DNA of 49,317 nucleotides, filler included, from Cladosporium halotolerans (Eukaryota), in assembly GCF_011745625.1 (NCBI RefSeq). It is 2 parts of 2 records of this genome, joined end to end, with 100 filler letters (N's around TTAATTAATTAA, not from the genome) between each part and the next. Parts side by side here need not be neighbours in the genome. Positions count along the whole stretch, not along the records: positions 1 to 24,681 come from NW_027191541.1; positions 24,782 to 49,317 come from NW_027191542.1. One strand, 5' to 3'. The translations under genes were made by a program, and so were the position numbers. This document shows, in pieces, positions 20,601 through 31,506 of this stretch (position 1 is the stretch's first letter; each line of letters starts with the position of its first letter). Under the pieces are notes generated by a model, which saw only the letters and a list, made by a program, of their open reading frames with translations, had not been told where the DNA came from and did no database searches.

Positions 20601-22599
20601 TTGATCGTTGTGGAAAAGTAGATACCTGATGCCACTTCGAGAACTGATCAACGAGGTGTCCAGCCCATCGGTCGCCACTCATACACGCTTCACCCGTTGG
20701 TACTAGCTGAATGATGTCGACTGAAACTCGGTAGAAAGGCTTTTGTGCTTGATCGTCTTGCTGTCTTCGAGAGATCTGCTTCGTCAACTTGGACTCTGTA
20801 CAAACAGTGCAGAAGTCGTCTATGCTGCCTTTGATAACAAGTCCTTCGACGTTTGACGCAAGCTTCTCGACTGCCTTCGTGCCAGGGTGGCCCCATATCT
20901 TGTGAGCTGTCCCAGCGTCGACCATCTGGTCTGGGCGTTTGATCTTCGAAGGTCTGTAAATGGTGCCAAAGGATGATAGCGAAACTGGAGTCGGACGGCA
21001 CAAGGCGTCAGCATCTACCATCCAATGTCCTCCACCATACTCCAGGTAAGCTAGAATCGCTCCTGGTTTGTCTTTGTATAGGAGATCTCGTCCTGAGTCA
21101 AAGTGTATGCCCATCGTCCTGCAGCGTGCCAAACCAATCAGGCTAGTGATGAATCCTTCGACATAAGCAACGTGAGTGAGCGTTAATGATTGCATGCCCG
21201 ATGGCGTGTTTGCCATGAGATGCATGCGCCCCCAGGCTGTGATCTGAATACGTCCTGTTCCAGCTCCCACGAAGTCTGTGGGACTAGCGTCATACTCTCT
21301 CGTCCAGCCGGTCCAGTCCTCACTATTGATGACGTGGGTATTGGAGCCTGGATCCAGTATCCATCGATTACTGAGCTTGTCGATATCCTTGTCGATGCTC
21401 ACTGCCGTGTGTATCTCGTCTGTCGGCTTCACGCCATCGTCCACAACGATGTCCGTCGTGGTTCGATGATCCTTAGTTGTCTTTCCTTCTGGAACACGCT
21501 GCTCCAGATTGTGGGCCATGAACCGAACAGTGTTGACTATAGTTCGTGTGGGAGGGCTGCCGTCATCCATAGCAATGCTCCCTCCACTCTGTTGTGAAGA
21601 GCGCCATTTGTTGAGCGCCTTATCAATCTTGTCTTTCAAGTGAGGATCTGCAGACAGGGCGGCATCCAGCTTTCTCTGGCCAATTGGATTGGCGTAGCCC
21701 TTCGGCCGTCGTGGATGCTCCGTGTTGACCAACCAGCATTCGACCCAGTAGTGTTTCAGACCACACGGGCACTGAGGCTTGACCCTGTTGCTATCCCTCT
21801 TCTGTTGTTGTGGTTTAGCGATGTCGAGCTCTGCTGCCATGGCCTTGTGTCCTGTCGATAGTGGTAGTACACGCTTGAGGTATGTCGTGAACTTGCTGAC
21901 GTAGTCCTCTACTGACGGGATCGTGGTGCCAGCCTCCTCGCGGTCAATCAGATCACGTAGACCAGACGTTCCATATTCGGCATCGATGGTCTTACATGCA
22001 ACGAGGAAGTCTTCCTGTGCTCGTGTTCCAGTCGTCTCTGGAATGTCCGCAGCGATGCACATGTTTGTGACCTCTACCCATGAGCGCAGCCACTCCTCGA
22101 TCTTGCTTCCTCGTGCAGGAGTCTGCAGTGCTTTGTATCGTGCGATAAGATCGCGTTGTCGTGTCACATCTGACGGTGCAAGATGCTTCTTGAGCGTTGT
22201 CAACCGCTCATACGGTGTATCCTTGTTCTCGATGAGGTAAAGGTGTTTCGCAGCAATCGTCTTGCTGATCTCGGAGTTGAACTCGGCTAAGGCTTTCCTC
22301 TGGCGCTTAAATTCAACGTCTTTGCGTTCCCATCGCTCGTATTCCCATTGGTATAGCTTTTGCTCGGCACTTGTCAGGTGCGCAATTGACAATGCTTGGT
22401 CATTGTAATCCTTGGGTTGTGGTTCGGGTAGTGCTGTCAGGACAGGCAAATCCGCTGCCTTCGTGGCAGGGTTGACATACTGCCAGAGCTCATGCTTCTG
22501 CGCAGTGTCCTTTCGAATGAACAGCCATTTGTGCCAATCTTCGGCTCGGTCGAGGACGACTGTCACTCGGGTGACTACTGGATCAGACTCGGTAGTCAT
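17623..22599 (-). pseudogene. Copia gag-protease-integrase-RT-RNase H polyprotein, interrupted in RNase H by a solo LTR
   Basis: WILDPGS (protease); HKIWGHP..CTVC and KTDNERGY/QNGLAER (integrase); YDVPNAFL, YGLKESP, YVDD (RT); SDAAFAD, STTEAEL (RNase H). The missing WCDNQQ..KHVDI..ADGMTK resumes in frame below 17945 and ends at TGA 17623-17625. Confidence 0.95.
17950..18070 (-). mobile_element. 121-bp solo LTR of an unrelated LTR retrotransposon, nested in the copia RNase H
   Basis: TGTTGAA...TTCATCA termini (imperfect inverted repeat). 5-bp TSD AGGTT at 17945-17949 and 18071-18075. Internal TATAAA. No similarity to the host LTR. Confidence 0.9.
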
Positions 22600-22691
22600 G
22601 GTCGTTGGTAGCGGGTAGGAGGCCCCGTACTGTATGATCAATCGTTGATCTCGGTCGTAGGTGCCAATCAGTCGCAATCCGGGCTCATAAC

Positions 22692-22855
22692 TGTTGGGAA
22701 TCGTCGTCTAACGTTGTGTCTGTCCGTATATCTGCTATCGAGGTAAAGACTGTATATATCTAGCTAACCTGAAACACTAGCGTGTGATACGCAGATCACA
22801 GCTGCAGAGTTTAGGGGCAAGCACCTAGTGTCACGATCCTTCTTCAACCGTTGCA
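22692..22855 (-). repeat. 5' LTR of the copia element
   Basis: Immediately followed on the minus strand by the PBS GTTATGAGCCC. Confidence 0.97.
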
Positions 22856-23107
22856 GAAGACGTCGGTATGGTGCGGAAAGATGGTGAATGGATGGCTATG
22901 GTTAATGCTAAGGCTATGGTTTCGTGTCGTCAGAATTTCAATAGTTACTGTACTGTCCAATAAAAAGATCTATGTATTATATTCACAAATGGCGGAGTTA
23001 TAGTACAGCCTGATTCAATACAGATCAACACCCCCGTCTTCGACAGTATGCGCAATCTGATCAGATACATGATAGCCATCTTTGCCAACACTACCTCTGA
23101 GGCCTGA

Positions 23108-24681
23108 CTAAGTTGTTGCCTGTTCACGAGGACTCGTGAATTTGGGGTGATTGTCGCCCCAGACAATCGACGTTACAGTCACAGATCTTCTCATCAACTC
23201 AGTGGCACGGTCGTTCTCGTCAAGATCTTTCTTGATTTTCGCGAGCTTGGCCATGGCTCTGATCGGTTCCGGAAAAATTCTCGTTCAGCACTCTCATCCT
23301 CGCCTCCATCACCTTGGCCTCCAGCTCCTCTGCCTCCTTCGGCCGACCTTGATTCCTATATGTGACAGCAAGGTTGGCCATGGCTCTGATCGTGTTGGGA
23401 TGCTCCCCGCCCAGCGCTATCGTCCTGGCCTCCAACACTTTGACATCAAGCCCCTCTGTCTCCTTCCATCGTCCTTGGAGCCAGTACGTGGCAGCAAGAT
23501 TGGCCATGGCGGTGATTGTATCAGTATGCTCATCGCCCAGCACTCTCATCCTCGCCTCCATCACCTCGGTCTCCAGCTCCTCTGACTCTTTCGACCGCCC
23601 TTGGTTGCCGTACGTGGCGGCAAGATTGTCCATAGCGGTGATCGTGTGGGGATGGTCTTCGTTGAGCACTCTCGAGCTAGACACCAACACCTTGACATCT
23701 AGCTCCTCTGCTTCCTTCCACCGACTTTGGCTGCAGTACGTGGTAGCAAGATTGGCCATGGCGCTGATCGTATCGGGATGCTCCTCGCCGAGTACTCTCG
23801 AGCTCGCCTCTATCACCTTGACGACTAGCTCTTCTGCAGCTCTCCACTTGCCCTCCTTCCACAACGTGTGTCCTATTGTTGACCAAACCCACCATAGCCC
23901 TTTGGCGTCTAACTCCATCTCTTCACCGAGTAGGTCGTCGTTAGACGGAAGGTGCATCAGGAGGTGTTGTCGAAAGTACGCCTTATCTGCTTCCTTCTCC
24001 GACTGTACGCACACCGCCCCCACGAAGACAAGGTACCAGCACCAGTACTGTGCTCTCTCTACTCCAACGCCTGCCCGCCGTCTCACAACGCTGTGCATGG
24101 TGATTCCTCTCCAAGGCTCGCCGACCGGTCTGACGAGACCGTAACGGCATAAGACTCTGATCGTGGCTCGGTACGAGAGGTCGTTCCATACATCATCTTC
24201 GCCTTTGCCGAGGAGGTCTCCCACGCCGGCACCCTAACGTCGAGTCGGCTGCACGATTCTTCCAGCCCGAGACTGGCAAGTCGAAACAGCTCATCTTGCA
24301 CGCCCGCTCGGTCCAGGAGCGTCATGAAGTTCAACAGCTGGATCGGATATATGTCAGACCGTCGTCCTCGACTTCTCTGAGCGATGACAGGCTGGTCTCC
24401 CACACCGTCCAAACCGTTTTTCTGTATGTACTTGCGCTCGCGAACTCTTGGTCTAGAAGTAGCATATCGTGGTTGTGTTGGTAGTCTGAGAGGTACTGAC
24501 GGAGTGCAGCCGCGAGGTCGGCCCCATTCTCTACATCGACCCGGATCCGTGCCGCGGCAAGATCCATTGGCAGTGCGAGTCCGCCGACACATTTTGTGAT
24601 CTCTTCAACTAGTCGGCAGCAGCCGTCCTCCTGGCGCGCCCAGTCACCGAGGTTGTTCAGAACGAGACAGATGGCTTCCTC
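23108..24681 (-). pseudogene. 3' part of a fungal NLR-like NB-ARC + TPR gene with ~3 frameshifts; 5' part lost in the assembly spacer
   Basis: GGLALPMDLAAARI (GLPLA-like), TVWTVWETS and ITMHSVV (MHD-like). 42-aa repeats LGEEHPDTISAMANLATTY. Frame changes near 24358, 24225 and 23280. Confidence 0.85.
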
Positions 24682-24781
24682 NNNNNNNNNNNNNNNNNNN
24701 NNNNNNNNNNNNNNNNNNNNNNNNNTTAATTAATTAANNNNNNNNNNNNNNNNNNNNNNNNNNNNNNNNNNNNNNNNNNNN
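24682..24781. other. Artificial contig-joining spacer (44 N + TTAATTAATTAA + 44 N)
   Basis: An all-frame stop linker is centred in exactly 100 bases. Confidence 0.97.
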
Positions 24782-24956
24782 TTTACCCCAACCCTAACCC
24801 TACTGTATCATCGGCCATCTTTTGAATTGCAATTCATCAATCAATTTCGACTCTCGTGAATTGATTGATTGGTCATGAGGCGCAACTTGATTGATTGCTT
24901 AGTCAACAATCAATCAATCAAGTTATCAAGTAAAAAATTGATTGTGCACACCTCTG
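24782..24956. mobile_element. Terminal segment of a second hAT-like element, inserted in the lipase gene
   Basis: Ends ...TTGATTGTGCACACCTCTG (reverse complement CAGAGGTGTGCACAATCAA). Has CAAT/ATTG subterminal repeats and the same ACCCCAACCCTAACCCT motif as the 17004-17404 MITE. The other end is not visible. Confidence 0.75.
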
Positions 24957-25859
24957 GTAGGAAAAGGGGGCATAAGCGCAAAGCGTAGTCGTCTGGTTCT
25001 GCTGGGCGAAGGTCTTGACGATGTCTGCGAACCTTGGAGCGGGAGAGATTGAGACGCCACCGACGAACTCGAGGGCATGTTCTTGGGAACGAGGCGCGGA
25101 CGATGTAACATATTCGCTTTCAACAAGTGCCCACACGGCGCCACCGCCTTGTGAATGGCCGGTCGATGCCCACTTGTTGCCTAAGATCGATCCAAACGCC
25201 TTCTTTGCAGCAATCACACTGTAGTAAATGTCCCCTGCTGCTAGGGTGCTGGCAAGATAGTGGTGTGAGGCGTAGTTGTTTCCCAGGCCGGCATAGTCTG
25301 TAGCAACGACGGCATACCCAGCGAGGTAAAGAGGTCTCCATGTGTCGTAATCGTAAAGGTTGTATGAGCTTGAGGGTGCACAGCCGTAGAAAGTACCAAT
25401 GGTCCCATGCGCGTAGGCTACTATCGGGAAAGGCTCATTGTCGGGTCTCTTCGCGAACGGAAGGATTACAAACGCAGTGGCGGGGACTTTTTTGGTATCT
25501 AGCCCGACGGACACGTACTGAACGCGATATAGTGTAGCGCCTCCAGGTAGGTTCCATGAAGTTGTGTCATTGATGTACGACTGCACCTTCAAGACATCAC
25601 CAGGCTCGCTTGACTCCGTGAAGCTGTCGGCTGTGCGGCAGAAATCGGCATCGAAGGAGAAGTCCCCGAAACCTGCGCGGTCGGTTTGGATGCCTTTCAG
25701 AAAATTTTGCTTGCATTCGCGGCCACAATGGTAAGCGTCGAGATCGGTGCTGGAGAGCGACTTGTCGTTTGGGCGGTGCCAGGAGGAAGCACGTTGTCCG
25801 GAGACGACACAAGGCGACAGAGAGAGTGCAAGAACGAGAACAAGTGCCAGATTGACCAT
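24957..25859 (-). pseudogene. Secreted alpha/beta-hydrolase (secretory lipase LIP family), C-terminally truncated by the hAT-like end
   Basis: Signal peptide MVNLALVLVLALSLSPCVVSG. Motifs AYAHGTIG, CAPS, VATDYAGLG, GHSQGG. The last 12 codons of the ORF (QRCAQS...) come from the transposon end. Confidence 0.85.
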
Positions 25860-26843
25860 GACGGGCTGAGATTTTCAATGTTCAATTTAGAAATCAAGGA
25901 TTCGAGTCTATGAAGGGTATGCCGGTGCTTTTGTGTCGATGTGATTGAGCCTTCAGTATTTGGCATCAACATCACATGTTACCGCGCATTCCGAAGACGA
26001 CCTTTCGTTTGTGTTGCGGCAACGCTCATCGACCCATCCACGTAGCGACACATTTGGAAGTCATGTTGCCATTCTAGGAATGCGGTGCCGGAATGGTGGT
26101 TTGGGTTTTGACCATGTCAGCAAGCGCATAGGAAGGCTGGAGGTGCCGGACCCGCGGGCGCCGACGGAGGCGCGCTCATCTATAAGGTAGGTAAGATAAA
26201 TGTACCTCTTCAAAGTAAGACCACCTTGTGTCACTCATCCCAGGGAGCATTGTGTCATCCTGGAGTTGGCTCTGGCCTCAGCTGTCGTCGGACGGCGATG
26301 GAGCATAGATAGAAGGCCGGGATGACCGCGGTGAAGTGCGGTTGCGACAGCCACGGCGGCCTCGAGCCCCGCTGACCATCTGGCGATCTGCGATTGGTGC
26401 GAGTGCGTCCGGCGCTACAGCCCTGCAAGGGCAGCCAAACCACCCTCAGGCACGCTTTCTCACCTCCGTGCACCACGCTGACCTTTCGCATCGCCTGCAG
26501 TAGCTGGGCAGGTGCAGCTGGCCTGCATCGCGGCGACGTCTCTGCCCGCCAAAACACCGGAGCAGCAAAAACTCCGCCTTGCATAGTCGTAGACCTGGGG
26601 AAGAGCACTGCTGACCCTAAGCCTGTGCGCCATTGGTCCAGAGCTCTTCGCCAGCATCGTCCTCGCCCTTTGCTGGCCATGCCACGCACCCGGCATTTAT
26701 CTTATTTTCACTTTGACCAGTAGGGCATTTCCTCATTACGTTCCATTCCACTCAGGTCCTTAGAAGATCGACATATCAAAGCTTCACTGGTTACGTCGTC
26801 GCTCACATACACAGAAGTCGACGTCGTCCCGTCCACGACGAGC

Positions 26844-27665
26844 ATGCCGGAGAAACGAAAAGACGCCGTCTGCACGCCGCTTTTGCGCGACAAGAACTCT
26901 CAACCCCGCCTCCAAGACCCAGAAGCCAACTCGATAGAAGCTTCCTCGAGAAGCCGCTTCAACGTCAGCTCATTCTTCGACGCCCGCTTCTTCGGCGATG
27001 TGACCATCGGTCTCTCCGACGGACTCACGGTTCCCTTCGCTCTGACCGCCGGACTCTCAGCGCTTGGAGATCCAAACGTTATCATTTATGGCGGCCTAGC
27101 TGAACTCGTCGCTGGAGCCATTTCGATGGGCCTCGGAGGCTTCCTGAGCGCCAAAAGCGAACGCGAATCCTACATCGCCAACCTCACAGACACCACTGCG
27201 ATCGTTTCGTCCGACCCCGAGAAGACGGCAGACATGGTCCGCGAGTGTTTCTCTGCCTACAACTTTCCGCAGCCGACCCTCGACGCGATCCTGCTTACCC
27301 TGCGCGAACAGGATGACGACGGTGAGCAGATGAAGAAGTTCTTAATGTGCTTCCATCACAACATGGAAGAAGAAGAGTACGCCGCATCCAGGGCCTACCT
27401 TTCGGGGCTGACCGTGGCGCTGGGCTACGTGAGCGGCGGTCTGGTCCCCTTAGCGCCGTACTTGATTATCTCAAACCCCGCCGTCGCCTTGCGGTGGAGT
27501 ATATTCGTGATGGCACTAGCGCTGTTCGCTTTCGGATGGGTCAAGACTGCTTTCATTGGAGTTAGCAGCTGGCGGAACTGCTCCAAGAGCGCCTTGGAGA
27601 TGGTCGTCCTGGGTGGCGTTGCGGCTGCTGCGGCGATTGGTTGTGTCAAATTGATCGATGGCTGA
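26844..27665 (+). CDS. CCC1: VIT1/CCC1-family vacuolar iron/manganese transporter
   Basis: DVTIGLSDGLTVPFALTAGLS, GLAELVAGAISMGLGGFL, GGLVPLAPY, LFAFGWVK. Confidence 0.93.
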   Translation: MPEKRKDAVCTPLLRDKNSQPRLQDPEANSIEASSRSRFNVSSFFDARFFGDVTIGLSDGLTVPFALTAGLSALGDPNVIIYGGLAELVAGAISMGLGGFLSAKSERESYIANLTDTTAIVSSDPEKTADMVRECFSAYNFPQPTLDAILLTLREQDDDGEQMKKFLMCFHHNMEEEEYAASRAYLSGLTVALGYVSGGLVPLAPYLIISNPAVALRWSIFVMALALFAFGWVKTAFIGVSSWRNCSKSALEMVVLGGVAAAAAIGCVKLIDG

Positions 27666-28399
27666 GGCTTGGACATTCATGAAGAAAAGTGACAGTTCTT
27701 TATAGACAGCACGGGGATGTCTCCACCCGCACCAGGACTCCGAGCTCGCTGCTACCGATGGCTGTCGTGCTGGGCGCCGAGACGAGCCTGAACATCTGGT
27801 GAATGTCTCCACCTCAGTCCTATCCTAGCGTGCGGCATCGGCTCTCCATGGTACAAAACTCTGCTCGCCACTTTCCAGAGAAAGGGACATAAAAAGCACA
27901 AGACGGCAGGGCGGGAGCGGGCGATGGGTCGCGATCTCGTCAGGCTTTTGCTTCGGGACACGACGATACGCCGGGCAATTTGGCTCGAACCCGAGATAGG
28001 TCGCTCATTCGACGGTCAGCTTGGAGGGCGTGGGATCCCAGCACTGTGTAATATACATGACTAGATAAGTAGTTGCGGTTTGTGGAAATGTGCATGCTGG
28101 CAAGCGAGCAAAATTTTGGACAGGCCTGCAAAGGTCCTTGCTCACATATTGAGTTGTTACCTTTGTGATATGTTGTTTGCAACTGAGTGAAGAACGATCG
28201 CACAATTTGCGATCCAGAGTCAATGAGCCTGCTCTGATAACAAATCCCCAAGCACCATGAACCGCCTGCAAGCCAGCCGCATCACGTGCCGAACTTTCAC
28301 ATGCAAGCGGCACCAACCCCGCGCCCGCCTCGCATTGCGCATCGCATCACGTCGCAACCAACAACCCTCCCACTCCCGACATCAGAAGCCAACGCGACC

Positions 28400-29073
28400 A
28401 TGTCCTCGAACGTCGGCCTCTCCACGCCCCGCGGCAGTGGCACTTCCGGCTACGTGCAGCGCAACCTCTCACACCTAAAACCGCGCGACAACGCAGCGCC
28501 GTACCCCAAGCCCGGCGCTGTAGAAGACTTGAAGCTTCGGCAGCGGCAACCCGACAAAGGAATCATCGAGCACGAGAGAAAGAGAGAGATCGAGGTGAAA
28601 GTGTTCGAGCTGAGGGATCGGTTAGAAGAGGAAGGGTGAGTGTTCGCGCAGGAGGGAAGTCGGGCAGCGGACTTTGATGCTTACAAGATCTTTCTTGCAG
28701 GGTCGATGAGGATGAGATCGACGATAGATGCGACGAGCTAAGGAAGAAACTCGAGGCAGAGCAGGCAAGGACGGGCGGCGGACCTAGCTCGAAAGGCCTC
28801 AAGAGCCATCAGGTGCACGAGCTGGCGAAGGCAAAGATCGAGGAGAGCGAGAAGCTCAGGCGCGCGCTTGGGATCAGTAAAGACTACGAGGAGGGTAGCC
28901 ACTGGCGGCGGCAGGAGGAGCGTGTCGCTGAGAGAGAGAAGGTGATGAAAGAGAGGGAGCGCGAAAGAGAAGTCAGTCGGAGCCCCAGTCGGAGTGTGAG
29001 CAGAAGCAGAAGCAGGAGTCGAAGCACCAGCCGGAGCCAGAGTCGGAGTCTGAGCAGAAGTCGCAGTCGTTGA
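28400..29073 (+). CDS. CWC21: Pre-mRNA splicing factor Cwc21/Cwf21; exons 28400-28635 and 28701-29073
   Basis: [35 protein letters not shown]. The GTGAGT...TTGCAG intron restores [19 protein letters not shown]-rich tail. Confidence 0.95.
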
Positions 29074-29753
29074 AGATGTTGAAAACCATCGCTGCTTAGC
29101 CGCAGAGTTCCTCTTGGCCGTGGACAACGAGACATCCGATTCTGGAGCGATTACGGTGCCTACGACGTGGTGCGGAGAACGACAGAGGAAATCTTCTGTT
29201 GAGCTCTTCAGGCTTTCTCAAGAAGAAAGCGAAATGCAGACATCATCAAACACGGCCGCGCTCACTCCGCCGCGAGATAATAAGGTATTTATTGCACGGA
29301 TTGTTTCGGCAAAGCACCACAAAGAAAATTGCTCGAGACGCAGAACAGCAATGGATGGAAATATCCAGAGCCGGTCACTGCGAAATCCATTCTAGCGGCG
29401 ACGCACTACACGGGAGATTGCAGTCCTTCTCAAAATCACGTGGATTCCTTGTCAGGGTCGCAATCTCGAGGTCGACCCACGTTGGACGCGCAAACAAGGC
29501 CTTCAAGCGCTACGGCAATTTCTTGTCTTCCAACTTTGGTTGCCTCTCCAGGGCAAATGACACGGGAACTTGAATCAAGCCTCGGAATGGACACGAGCAT
29601 CAACGGTGGAGTAACCTTTGTGGTCAGATACTTTTATCTTTTCATACACTTTTGTGCCATCGTGTGGCGATCTTCCTGTAGAACGCTGAACATGCAAAAA
29701 ACACCTCGAGACCTTTGGCTACGCCATTCCTAAGCTGCAAATACCCTCTACAC

Positions 29754-31001
29754 TCAGATCTTACCCTCCGCAAACTCCTTCATGTACTTCGCCAGCTTCT
29801 CCACCGCAGACACGGGCACAGCGTTGTAGTTGCTGCACCTTATGCCTCCCACGCTGCGGTGACCCTTCAGACCCAGCAAACCCCTGCTCTCTGCGCCCTT
29901 GAGGAAAGCCTTCTCAGCCTCGGCATCGCCGCCCCTGACACGGAAACACAAGTTCATGCGGCTACGCACGCTGTTGTCCGGCACGACGTGGTAGGCATCA
30001 CTGCCGTCAAGTTCAGCGTACAGTGTCGCAGCTTTGCGGTCGGACTCGCTTTGCTGGGTGGCGATGCGCGGCGAGCCGGTGGAAGCGTCGAGCAGCTTCT
30101 GCATCACTTGTCCAGCGATCCAGACGTCGAAGATCGGCAGAGTGTTGTACAAGCTGTTGTTCTTCGCGATCGTTGGCCAGTCCAGCACGACAGGGCCGAC
30201 GGGCAGGCCAAGCTTGCGCAGCAGGCCGGCATCTGCCATGGGCGTGTGAGGGGGTAGGATACGGTTGGAGACGATGGCGATGGTGATGCCGGTGGTTCCG
30301 ATGTTCTTTTGGGCACCGCCGAAGATTGCAGCGTGTTTCCGCACGTCGACTGGGCGGGAAAGGAAGTTGGAGCTCATGTCCGCGACGAGGTTGGCGCCGT
30401 CAGGCGCGGCCTGGAACTCGACGCCATCGACGGTCTCGTTGTCGCAGTAGTAGGTAAGTGCGGTGGCGTCGGTGTCCGCGGTCGGGGTATAAGTGTCTGG
30501 CGATGCAATGGTGCCGAACTTGCCGTCGCGGTGCTTGCGCGAGTCTGTGACGATGTTGACATGCTCAGCCCCGGCGAGGCGGGCAGCTTCCTGAGAGGCC
30601 TTCAGAGACCAAGAGCCAGTGACGAGGTAGTCCAGTTTCATCTTCTTCACCTCCTCGCGGAGCTTGTCCTCGTCGCCGCCCAGCTCTTTGGCCTTCCGCG
30701 CGACCCAGATGGAGACCATGTGGTAGACGACGGCGCTAAACTCTCCGCTGCCACCGCCCTGCAGGAACAAGATCTGGTAGCCATCCGGGCCGTCTGATTC
30801 GGGAATGTCGAGCAGCTGTCGGAGGCCAGACTGGGTATGGGCGAGGATGGCGTTGGCGTCTGCTGAGCGGTGGGAGATCTCTGTGATGCCGATGCCCGAG
30901 TCGTTGTAGTTCAGCAGCACCTTGGAAGCCTCCTCCAGCACGGCAGTGGGCAGAGGCGCGGGGCCGGCGCCAAAGTAGTGGACGTCTTCTCTTGACGGCA
31001 T
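29754..31001 (-). CDS. SER1: Phosphoserine aminotransferase
   Basis: MPSREDVHYFGAGPAPLP, EISHRS, YCDNETVDGVEF, ADMSSNFLSR, GAQKNIG (PLP lysine), KGHRSVGGIR. Confidence 0.97.
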   Translation of the reverse strand: MPSREDVHYFGAGPAPLPTAVLEEASKVLLNYNDSGIGITEISHRSADANAILAHTQSGLRQLLDIPESDGPDGYQILFLQGGGSGEFSAVVYHMVSIWVARKAKELGGDEDKLREEVKKMKLDYLVTGSWSLKASQEAARLAGAEHVNIVTDSRKHRDGKFGTIASPDTYTPTADTDATALTYYCDNETVDGVEFQAAPDGANLVADMSSNFLSRPVDVRKHAAIFGGAQKNIGTTGITIAIVSNRILPPHTPMADAGLLRKLGLPVGPVVLDWPTIAKNNSLYNTLPIFDVWIAGQVMQKLLDASTGSPRIATQQSESDRKAATLYAELDGSDAYHVVPDNSVRSRMNLCFRVRGGDAEAEKAFLKGAESRGLLGLKGHRSVGGIRCSNYNAVPVSAVEKLAKYMKEFAEGKI

Positions 31002-31113
31002 GTTGGAAGTGAATGTGTTTGGGAAGGAAATGTGTGAAGAATGAGGGACCCACCCGGTATTTATCAAGGTACCTAACTTTTGTGACTGGCAGCTGTATGT
31101 GACGATACTTTTC

Positions 31114-31164
31114 TGAGTCAATGGAGGGGCAACTGAGGGGTCTGCACCCTGCTGGACTGACTCA
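31114..31164. promoter_or_regulatory. Two perfect Gcn4/CpcA (cross-pathway control) elements in the SER1-LYS4 divergent promoter
   Basis: TGAGTCA at 31114-31120 and TGACTCA at 31158-31164, between two amino-acid biosynthesis genes. Confidence 0.75.
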
Positions 31165-31506
31165 AGGCGGCCGAGGAGCTTGTTGCGATGTCGGTATTGG
31201 CGGCGGTTCGACTTTAGCCGGTCAATCAAATGGTCAATCAAATTGCCACCAAATCTACCGCGCAAGCATCGAATTGATGGCGACATCGGCCGTCAATCGC
31301 GCTGTTTCCCCGGATTCGCTGCGGAGCTTCAAAGATTCGGCTCGCGACGCCAAACATCCGGCCCCGTCTCATCTTTTTTCTCCAGCTTGTCATTGGCCGC
31401 TGTTCCCAGTCACGGCAACTTTCTTTCGATCTGCTGTACATTTATCTGCATGATCGCAGAGAGATAGAGTAACTTATCCTCCGCGACGGCGGCACACAAC
31501 ACAGCC

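Larger units (their letters stand above)
17452..22855 (-). mobile_element. Ty1/copia LTR retrotransposon (5.4 kb)
   Basis: 164-bp TG...CA LTRs (17452-17615, 22692-22855) differing at one base. 5-bp TSD GAAGA (17447-17451, 22856-22860). PBS GTTATGAGCCC (22681-22691); PPT GGATGAGGGGGTG next to the 3' LTR. Confidence 0.98.

Noticed and set aside
24785..24801. CCCTAA-like sequence at the contig start as a true telomere
   Set aside because: Fewer than three imperfect units, and the same motif is internal to the MITE at 17192-17208.
24957..25859. Lipase as the SesB partner of the SesA-like gene and NLR
   Set aside because: It has a signal peptide and LIP-family motifs, shows no amyloid motif, and lies across an artificial contig join.
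31002..31286. 95-aa N-terminal extension of SER1 in the ORF track
   Set aside because: It starts at a non-ATG codon and runs through the promoter; conserved sequence begins at MPSREDV (31001).
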